Positions 1-6,457 are shown, numbered from the stretch's first letter. The stretch is DNA of 11,076 nt from Candidatus Hodarchaeota archaeon (GCA_016840035.1 JAEOTC010000061.1:1-11076), one strand, 5' to 3'. The notes: generated by a model from the sequence alone, not told the origin. Numbers and translations: made by a program.

Positions 1-168
1 ACGCAGATTATGGATGATAAAAACAACACCTTCTGGGTAAGAACAGTAGCCCCTGATGATATTACAGTATTTAATAACACTGAACTACTTGAAAATACAC
101 ATCTTTACCCAGCTATTCGGAGTACTCCAGTGTTAGAATTTCCTTACTTCTCTTTCTGGATGAACTAA
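1..168 (+). CDS. 3' end of an unidentified gene entering from the left (partial)
   Basis: Frame +1 is open from base 1 to TAA at 166-168 (TQIMDDKNNTFWVRTVAPDD...PYFSFWMN*). No recognisable motif. Confidence 0.5.
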   Translation, partial: TQIMDDKNNTFWVRTVAPDDITVFNNTELLENTHLYPAIRSTPVLEFPYFSFWMN

Positions 169-176
169 AGTTCATC
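159..176. repeat. Perfect 8-bp inverted repeat GATGAACT-AA-AGTTCATC overlapping the stop codon of the left partial gene
   Basis: Read directly from the sequence. Function (terminator hairpin, protein-binding site or recombination site) unknown. Confidence 0.6.
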
Positions 177-240
177 ATGGGTCACAAACTAAGTCAGAGC
201 TTATCAAAAGCGTCCATAGAAGTGGAATATTGTTCGAGAT

Positions 241-260
241 TGAATTATTGGTAGCCCTAC
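241..260 (+). repeat. Imperfect direct repeat, copy 1 (TGAATTATTGGTAGCCCTAC), immediately beyond the stop codon of the cas1-like gene
   Basis: Aligns with 3314-3332 (TGAATTATTGTTAGA-CTAC) at 17 of 20 positions with one gap; the first 10 bases are identical. Confidence 0.45.
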
Positions 261-262
261 GA

Positions 263-3244
263 TTACTGATTATATTGAGTAAAATCTGGAAAAAAAATTA
301 ACGGTTTGTACTCGTTTTTCAGAAATTTTATACGATTGTTTATATCTCTATATTCTAATGAATCTTCTAGTAACAAACAGAGAGATTTGGTATGAAGTTT
401 GTGAGCTGATTCAAAGGTCATCCACTGATTGTTGTAAAATAACATTTTTTGAAAGATCTTCTTTTTTACAAGGACCCCTCGTAACCATCTGACTAGTGAA
501 TCCCTGGGAACATAATAAGGCAGCCTATCATCGTCATATCGTTTCTGAAAAGACAAAGGAGTAATTTCACCGCTTACGATTACTTCACATAATGTTAAAC
601 GAGAGAGAATCCTCCCTACTTCTTCAAGATCCAGATGACCAGAACGCCCAGTTTTGTCTTTAGCAGTATGCACAAATAAAGGTATAGTTTCATACCCTAA
701 ACCTTGTTTCGCATTCCAGATACGTAATTGATTTCGTAACCTTCGATTAACACAATTTAATGCAGTATCAAATGGTGTATACCCTCCCATGAAATCCACA
801 CCTTTTTTCTCTTCTTTATTAACTCGTCGAGCAACACTACGACCGTAAGGACGTTGAATGAGTGGATTATTCTGATCTTGAATTGCCTGTATAAATTTAC
901 GAACTCCCTCAGCAAAAGGTCGTGAAAACCAGGCTTCTAAAGCAGATACTTGACGGAAAGATCTTAAGGATACATCTTGATAATAATTTTCTAATCTTGT
1001 TGGACATTTCAGAAGAATTTTGTTCATCCAGTAATAATATCGATTAGCTAACCAATTTTGATTATTTAAACGAGCAATTTCCGTCAGACAATAGGTCGCG
1101 TTCATTAGTGAAATCATCAAACTTCGGACATGAAGCTGTTGGAGCGCTTCACGAACTCCTGGAAGTTCCATCGTTTCTTTGATTGCCTGTGTAGGTTCTT
1201 GTAACACTCCTTTTGTTGACGAATGAATAACATCAACTCCCCAAGATTTAAAGATTTTATTTAAACGCGGTTTCCCCACGTTATAGACTGTTCGGAGCTT
1301 ATTAAGAGGGTAGGTGTCCATTTCTTTTATTCGCGGTCGTTTGATTTGAAGAATGGGAATTGTATTATTAAGTAGTGTTGCTTTATCCTCTCTTGCTAAA
1401 TTAGCGTTGTCTGGACGATAATTAAATTTTAGATGTAGATTATCATCAGCCAATGTTTGAAGCATAAAATTCCATTTTTCGGTGTCAACAAAGGTTAGTT
1501 TATCAGTAGAGTGAATAATTTTATTAATCAGTAGTTGTTTTTGGCTCTGGTCGTAATAAACGTAATCATTCTCGTGGATGTAAAGGTAACCATTTTTATT
1601 TTCTGAAAAACGCTTAATTTTCTCAATTTGAGACCGAAAAAGTTGTTTCGGTTTTAGTACTGGTTCTTCTACTTTGGTAAAATCATGTTTTGTCATTGCT
1701 TCAATCAGTAGTTCGTGGAGTCCATGTTCTAGAAAAATTCCTTGCTGCTCAATATTTTGATATTGAAAGACGTTATTTCTCGTCATTTCTGGGGAAATAT
1801 ATGAGTAATTAGCACCACACTCACAGGTAACAGATGAGTCAAAAGCAGGCACTTTCTCTAAGGATTCATGACAAAATATACAAGCAATTCTATCTCCTCT
1901 AACTGCTGATAACTGGATTGAAAAACCTCCTTTCAACTCTAAAAAGGAGCATGCTACTTTTGTAGAGAATATTGGCTTAATTCGATCATTGTAGAGTGAT
2001 TTTAAATTGTCAGGAATGGTGATATGCCCAAACGAGACTAAGTATTCAAGTCTTTTAAAAAATAAACAATCAATCTTAGTATGGGAACTATAATGGTTAC
2101 AACACACACAGGAAAAGTTGATATTTTTTCTTTGTTCACCTTGAGATCGATCTATCAGATTACTAGTGATATTGAATACTAATACACGTCGTTTCTTATT
2201 CGGATATACCTTGATATACTCCAACATCAAATGCTTACGAATGAAGGTAACTAACTCTAGTGGTTTTATCCCAACCTTGTCGAATTGCTTTAGAGATTCA
2301 GTTTTAATAAGAAATATTTTATCTCGATTCGTGATTTGTTTTTTAAATATCCAAGTAATAGCTCGTGTATATTGAGAATCATGTACTGCTTTAACAGCAT
2401 CAACCTTTTTTTCATTGTCCCTGAATGTGACTTTTGCTTCTCTTGCATGAACTAAAATATCGAAAAATGGAGGATCATAATTTTTTGTTGCATTCTTATC
2501 GGTAATTGAAACATACGTTGTTATCCAATCATATATTTCAGTCAATACCTTCAACAGGACTAACCCCCTCTCCCTATGAGGTTTTTTTGGTAAGATGAAC
2601 GGTTCTTTCGTTGGTTGATGAATAGGGATACCTCTTCTTTTCATCATTTGTTTAGGTCTTGATTCAAGCTGTAGGTAAAGCTGATTTAGATGATCCTTGA
2701 GTAAGGGTCGAATAGATGTTTTTAAATAATCACGGTCTAAATACCAGTCAAATGCTTGACAAAGGACATCTTGAAAGGTTTGAAGTTTCCATCCAGAGTA
2801 CTGATCTCTTAGGATAGAAATGTACCACTTACTACAAGATATTAGTAAGAGTTCAAAGTCTTTAATACCAATTTTTGATGTCTGATATCTATCAAAAATA
2901 AATTTATGCTTATTATGGTATAATTGAAGATAATCCAAGATTTTCAGGTTGTATGCAAGAAGAAAGGTGCCAAGAATTGATCTTTGATAATATTTACGTT
3001 TAAGAAGCCCAGCCAATCGTAATAACAATATTACTTTTTTAATAAAATCCAGATTTACTGCTGAATCAAAATAGTCGATCCATAATTTCCGGAGATGGTG
3101 AAAGAATTCTTCTTTTGATTGACTTAATCGACTGGAATTCAAGATTGAATGGAGAAATGATTCAATATTTTGGTCTGACTGGAACAATGAAGCAAGAAAT
3201 GACCTAGAGATCTCAGTTTCCAACTGAACTGTCAATCTAATCAC
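263..3244 (-). CDS. cas1: Large (993 aa) multidomain protein with Zn-binding motifs and a C-terminal divergent Cas1-family integrase domain
   Basis: The C-terminal part follows Cas1 motif order: VSALE(770)AWFSRPF (cf. LxGxEGxAAxxYF), YGRSVARR...TPFDTALN (cf. GRxRR...DPxNAxLN), GLGYETIPLFVH(859) (cf. GLDPxxGFLH), D(872)LEE(875)VGR (cf. DLMEEFR), then GEITPLSF. Cys clusters CVCCNH (~379) and CIFCH...CECG (~455-476). GTG start with an in-frame stop shortly upstream (3275-3277). Confidence 0.8.
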   Translation of the reverse strand: MIRLTVQLETEISRSFLASLFQSDQNIESFLHSILNSSRLSQSKEEFFHHLRKLWIDYFDSAVNLDFIKKVILLLRLAGLLKRKYYQRSILGTFLLAYNLKILDYLQLYHNKHKFIFDRYQTSKIGIKDFELLLISCSKWYISILRDQYSGWKLQTFQDVLCQAFDWYLDRDYLKTSIRPLLKDHLNQLYLQLESRPKQMMKRRGIPIHQPTKEPFILPKKPHRERGLVLLKVLTEIYDWITTYVSITDKNATKNYDPPFFDILVHAREAKVTFRDNEKKVDAVKAVHDSQYTRAITWIFKKQITNRDKIFLIKTESLKQFDKVGIKPLELVTFIRKHLMLEYIKVYPNKKRRVLVFNITSNLIDRSQGEQRKNINFSCVCCNHYSSHTKIDCLFFKRLEYLVSFGHITIPDNLKSLYNDRIKPIFSTKVACSFLELKGGFSIQLSAVRGDRIACIFCHESLEKVPAFDSSVTCECGANYSYISPEMTRNNVFQYQNIEQQGIFLEHGLHELLIEAMTKHDFTKVEEPVLKPKQLFRSQIEKIKRFSENKNGYLYIHENDYVYYDQSQKQLLINKIIHSTDKLTFVDTEKWNFMLQTLADDNLHLKFNYRPDNANLAREDKATLLNNTIPILQIKRPRIKEMDTYPLNKLRTVYNVGKPRLNKIFKSWGVDVIHSSTKGVLQEPTQAIKETMELPGVREALQQLHVRSLMISLMNATYCLTEIARLNNQNWLANRYYYWMNKILLKCPTRLENYYQDVSLRSFRQVSALEAWFSRPFAEGVRKFIQAIQDQNNPLIQRPYGRSVARRVNKEEKKGVDFMGGYTPFDTALNCVNRRLRNQLRIWNAKQGLGYETIPLFVHTAKDKTGRSGHLDLEEVGRILSRLTLCEVIVSGEITPLSFQKRYDDDRLPYYVPRDSLVRWLRGVLVKKKIFQKMLFYNNQWMTFESAHKLHTKSLCLLLEDSLEYRDINNRIKFLKNEYKPLIFFPDFTQYNQ

Positions 3245-3259
3245 TTGTTTTGTACAGTA

Positions 3260-3270
3260 ATTATATTTAA
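3260..3270 (-). promoter_or_regulatory. Candidate archaeal TATA box (TTAAATATAAT) for a leaderless cas1-like transcript
   Basis: Lies 16-26 nt upstream of the GTG at 3244, and no SD motif precedes that start. The AT-rich background limits specificity. Confidence 0.35.
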
Positions 3271-3308
3271 TCGGTTATTTTGTATGTTACACTTGAATCA
3301 GGAGGATT

Positions 3309-3402
3309 AGCACTGAATTATTGTTAGACTACAGTGATAAGTTCTGTATTCGAAAACAGCAGTAGAACCTTTCAATAGCCAAACAGACAATAATCCAGCG
3401 CT
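3309..3402 (-). ncRNA. Candidate structured ncRNA: ~94-nt imperfect hairpin with a UUCG tip, containing AUUGAAAG
   Basis: Manual fold of the minus strand: 16-bp uninterrupted stem AGCGCUGGAUUAUUGU/ACAAUAAUUCAGUGCU, 6-bp stem GGCUAU/GUAGUC, 10-of-11-bp stem UGAAAGGUUCU/AGAACUUAUCA, and tip UGUU-UUCG-AAUA. The six G-U pairs would be A-C mismatches on the plus strand. Confidence 0.55.
3314..3332 (+). repeat. Imperfect direct repeat, copy 2 (TGAATTATTGTTAGACTAC), upstream of the cas1-like gene and within the 3' arm of the hairpin
   Basis: 17/20 match to 241-260. Confidence 0.45.
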
Positions 3403-3411
3403 TTTTGATGC

Positions 3412-3450
3412 TTTAAAGACTTATAAAGGAATAAATGTGTATAATTATTT
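3412..3450. promoter_or_regulatory. Cluster of TATA-like boxes in the divergent spacer (TTTAAA 3412-3417, TTATAAA 3421-3427, minus-strand TTTATAAG 3427-3420, TATAATT 3440-3446)
   Basis: Positioned so that it could drive the plus-strand operon and/or the minus-strand hairpin RNA starting near 3400. Confidence 0.35.
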
Positions 3451-3479
3451 AGTATTCATTCATTACGGAGTTATATATA

Positions 3480-3932
3480 ATGGATTCAAAATTTAATAAA
3501 AATTTTTCTACTCATTCTATTCGTACTACATGTCAAGAATTGCAACTTAGACAACTATTCTACCAAGAGAATATTTCTTTTGAATTTCAAAAGCAGTATT
3601 CTTTGCCTGATCGTCAATATGTTGTTGACTTTCTTCTCCCTCAACAAACCATTTTAGAGTGTTCTTTTACTAAGATGGACAAATATCATGTCGCGTTTCG
3701 CAATAAAGCGATTACTTTAGAAGCGAAAAGCTATCAATTGAAAAAATATTTTCCTGATCTGAATATTTGGGTACTTCTTGAGACACATCGCTCTATCTTA
3801 GAAATGTTTCATCGTACTCTAATCCAATTAATGCCATCAGTAGATCAGATCTTTTTTTCCCAAAATGAGCTAAGAGAGTTTCTCCATCTCTATCGCTTTT
3901 CATCTATGAAATCAGAGGAGGTGGTTCTATGA
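3480..3932 (+). CDS. PD-(D/E)xK-fold nuclease, Vsr/DUF559-like (150 aa)
   Basis: The pattern QELQLRQLF...ISFEFQKQY...YVVDFLL...ILEC matches the E...F-x-x-Q...Y-x-x-DF...x-E layout of DUF559/Vsr-like endonucleases. GGAG SD at 3467-3470. Confidence 0.7.
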   Translation: MDSKFNKNFSTHSIRTTCQELQLRQLFYQENISFEFQKQYSLPDRQYVVDFLLPQQTILECSFTKMDKYHVAFRNKAITLEAKSYQLKKYFPDLNIWVLLETHRSILEMFHRTLIQLMPSVDQIFFSQNELREFLHLYRFSSMKSEEVVL

Positions 3933-4648
3933 GGAATACTGATGAAAAAACAATTGATATGCAGAATTTCTCCTTTTATGAATACCAATTTCCATTATCT
4001 GAATGGATCCAAGGGTCTTATTCGTTAAAGGAAATGATCTCTATTGTTACGAAGAATCTAACAATTCTTCAACAATTATATGCCTGGGAAAATAAAGGAT
4101 TCGTTTTTTCTAAACCCACACGAAGTCTCCGCAATACATTTGTGTTTTGGATCGATGAATCGCTTATTGAATCAGTTCGTGAATTTAGGAATATTCGTGG
4201 TGGACTTCCAGTATCAGATATGAAAGATAGCTTAGCTGATTCTTCAACCTACAAAGGAAAGAAAGTTTCTCCAAGACCCCGAAGAATTTTGCTAGATATC
4301 GGTTGTGATTCGCCTTCTCTAGTCAAACACTTAGAACAATTGGGACTAGAAGTTATCAGCTTATGGGAATATGTAGCTGATTTAATTCATCATGAAATTA
4401 TTGATCAATGTCACGCTCAATACATTGACCTCTTAGTATCAACTAATGAACGGGTATTAATGCCAACAGAGGAATGGATTACTTATCTGATGCCCCATCG
4501 AACACGATTATTTACTGTTCCCAGGGATATTGTCTCCAATTATGAAAATCTGGCTATAGTGATTAAACAGAAAGCTTTCCAAAAACGGCGCTACAGTAAG
4601 TGGTCAGAAAAAAACAGTCAACAAAGAGTGTTAAAGAGAAGGGGGTAA
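3929..4648 (+). CDS. Protein with an unknown N-terminal domain and a C-terminal PIN-like domain (DUF5615/Mut7-C/VapC45-like), active site partly degenerate (239 aa)
   Basis: RILLDIGCDSPSLVKHLEQLGLEVISL...HEIIDQCHAQYIDLLVSTNERV resembles KFLLDENL...LxxxLRxxGxDVxxV...DxEIxxxAxxExRxLLTxDxDF. ATGA overlap with the upstream gene; strong SD GAGGAGGT at 3915-3922. Confidence 0.6.
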   Translation: MRNTDEKTIDMQNFSFYEYQFPLSEWIQGSYSLKEMISIVTKNLTILQQLYAWENKGFVFSKPTRSLRNTFVFWIDESLIESVREFRNIRGGLPVSDMKDSLADSSTYKGKKVSPRPRRILLDIGCDSPSLVKHLEQLGLEVISLWEYVADLIHHEIIDQCHAQYIDLLVSTNERVLMPTEEWITYLMPHRTRLFTVPRDIVSNYENLAIVIKQKAFQKRRYSKWSEKNSQQRVLKRRG

Positions 4649-4655
4649 ATCAATA

Positions 4656-5558
4656 ATGGCAAAGAGTACTTCAAAACGATCGAGTGGTAAAACTGAATCC
4701 CCGTTAAAGACCATTATTCCTGACCAAACAATTTCCATTCCACGCAAGATTCTAAAAGTAAAAGCATTTACTCCTATTTGTAAGCCACTAAATGGATCAT
4801 TACCTAGTTCAAAAATCTCACACCTGTTAAAGCTATGGACTTTTGAATATCAGTATAAAAATGGAAAGGAAACAAAGACAAGCACTGCTACTGCTTATAT
4901 GATAAAAGGTTTAAGAGGAGCATTACGACATCAAGTAATGACACATTGTAAAGAACGGGGATTAGAAGTATGCCACACAAGTGATAAAGAAACAGATCAA
5001 AAAGGGAATTCTCTTTTACCAGAAGGATTTCATCTACTAGGTAGCTGTACCGACAGTGATGAATGCATAGTGCATGCAGTATTTGGATCAAAGGGAAATT
5101 CAAGCAAAATCCGCGTTTCAGCTAAACCGATAGCGAATATTAGCCATAAGACATTCCAAGCACCAGTCAGCATTCAGAATGTACAAATAGCAACTGAAAA
5201 ACGAGTAGCACTAACTTTTGAAGGAAAAGCAATACAGGACTTCGGTGAAAGGTACCTTGCAGGAGAGTTCGAGTTTGAAATTGATATAACAAAATGCACC
5301 CCTGAAGAAATGGGAATGATAATAGAAGCCACAATGTACATGCATAAACTAGGAGGGGGGTATAACGCAGGATATGCAGAACTACAAATAAAGGGGTTGG
5401 ATTTAGTAAAATCTACAACAAACAGACAACCAAAAATTACTGATCAAAATAGCTTCACCATTGAAGAGGAGATCGACGAAGAAAAACTACCAGAAGAATT
5501 CACCAATGCACTCACAGCATGGAAGAAACATCTAAGAGAATACAAAGAAGTAAAATAA
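4656..5558 (+). CDS. cas7: Cas7-group RAMP protein (Csm3/Cmr-like fold), 300 aa
   Basis: RAMP hallmarks in order: beta1 ILKVKAFTP, IKGLRGALRH (cf. SSLKGALR), Cys/His cluster and CIVHAVFGS...SKIRV (cf. CxVCxLFGS...GRL), GEFEFEI, and glycine-rich loop LGGGYNAGYA. Starts 7 nt after the previous stop, with an SD-like AAGGGGGT. Confidence 0.8.
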   Translation: MAKSTSKRSSGKTESPLKTIIPDQTISIPRKILKVKAFTPICKPLNGSLPSSKISHLLKLWTFEYQYKNGKETKTSTATAYMIKGLRGALRHQVMTHCKERGLEVCHTSDKETDQKGNSLLPEGFHLLGSCTDSDECIVHAVFGSKGNSSKIRVSAKPIANISHKTFQAPVSIQNVQIATEKRVALTFEGKAIQDFGERYLAGEFEFEIDITKCTPEEMGMIIEATMYMHKLGGGYNAGYAELQIKGLDLVKSTTNRQPKITDQNSFTIEEEIDEEKLPEEFTNALTAWKKHLREYKEVK

Positions 5559-5572
5559 GGAGAAATAGGTAC

Positions 5573-6457
5573 ATGGGCAGTCAGGAATGTAGATTAGTGG
5601 TAAGAGGACAATTATTAACTCCAATGATAACTAAAAAGATAAAATTCACACTTCTTGGGTGTAAAGCCACAATCATTAATCCACGAAGGCGTTACTACCT
5701 AAAAATTAACGCCTCAAAACCCATGTATCCATATTCCTATATCAGTTATCTGGGAAAAATCGAAATAAAAGTAAAGAGTAGCTCATTAACGGTTCTGAAT
5801 CAAAAGTGTAAATTATTACTTCAAAAAACACATATAGGAAGATATCAAAGCGAAGGATTAGGAGAAATTAAATGGAAGGGAGGATATATTGATAATTATG
5901 TTACAAAATCAGAAAAACATGTAAAAGAACGAAAATTACGTATTAGAAAAGGACTCCCATTAAAATTAACCTTAGAACAACAAAAGCTGCTGAAATACGC
6001 ATTACTCCACGATTTCTTCCACACACCCAGACATCAGTCAAAAATCTACCAGGAACCACAAATAAAAGACCAACAACTGGTAGAGAAAATAAAAAAACAT
6101 CATGAGAAGACGACCAATCCAATGATTAAACAATTTCAATACTACGACAGACTAGCAGCTAGTATAACACGAAAAATACGATCACCAATAATAAGTAGAT
6201 ATAACTGGCAAGCAAAGAAGAGCAGAAGAAGAATTAATTTCACAAAACTAGCAAAAGAAATACAGGAGGTGGCAGAAACAAATATATGGAATTTATACAG
6301 ATATATGTATGAAAGCAAGGAACTAAGATTGGTAAATGAATCAATGACTTATGGACATACAACACTACGAAATCACTTATTAGTAATAGCAAATTTGATA
6401 GTGCAGGACTTTGGAAACGAAAGTAGACAAAAGAACAAGCACAAAAAAAGCAGATAA
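5573..6457 (+). CDS. Fusion of a minimal Cas5-like RAMP domain and a Cas10-type circularly permuted HD nuclease (294 aa)
   Basis: N-terminus has beta1 LVVRGQLLTP and G-loop IGRYQSEGLGEI. C-terminus has ALLHDF (6008-6013), HH (6098-6103), YDRLAA (6146-6148) and TLRNHL (6374-6376). The ATG at 5573 is preferred over 5519 because it follows AGGAG (5558-5562) and avoids overlap with cas7. Confidence 0.75.
   Translation: MGSQECRLVVRGQLLTPMITKKIKFTLLGCKATIINPRRRYYLKINASKPMYPYSYISYLGKIEIKVKSSSLTVLNQKCKLLLQKTHIGRYQSEGLGEIKWKGGYIDNYVTKSEKHVKERKLRIRKGLPLKLTLEQQKLLKYALLHDFFHTPRHQSKIYQEPQIKDQQLVEKIKKHHEKTTNPMIKQFQYYDRLAASITRKIRSPIISRYNWQAKKSRRRINFTKLAKEIQEVAETNIWNLYRYMYESKELRLVNESMTYGHTTLRNHLLVIANLIVQDFGNESRQKNKHKKSR

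Larger units (their letters stand above)
263..6457. other. Array-less CRISPR-Cas-derived island: giant Cas1-like gene divergent from a nuclease/PIN/Cas7-like/Cas5-HD operon (Asgard aCas1/RAMP-type module)
   Basis: Cas1, Cas7-like RAMP, Cas5-like RAMP-HD, PD-(D/E)xK and PIN-like motifs co-occur in five adjacent genes that abut a housekeeping cluster. Confidence 0.75.

Noticed and set aside
2166-2375. 69-aa plus-strand ORF
   Set aside because: Antisense shadow inside the cas1-like gene with no motif.
4888-5103. 71-aa hydrophobic minus-strand ORF
   Set aside because: Antisense to the A-rich cas7-like gene; its Leu richness is a compositional artefact.
5519-5572. 18-aa N-terminal extension of the Cas5-HD protein
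   Set aside because: Overlaps the cas7 3' end; SD position and RAMP beta1 favour the ATG at 5573.
5990-6457. Calling the HD protein cas3 or cas10
   Set aside because: No helicase motifs and no palm/GGDD domain; only the permuted HD domain is present.
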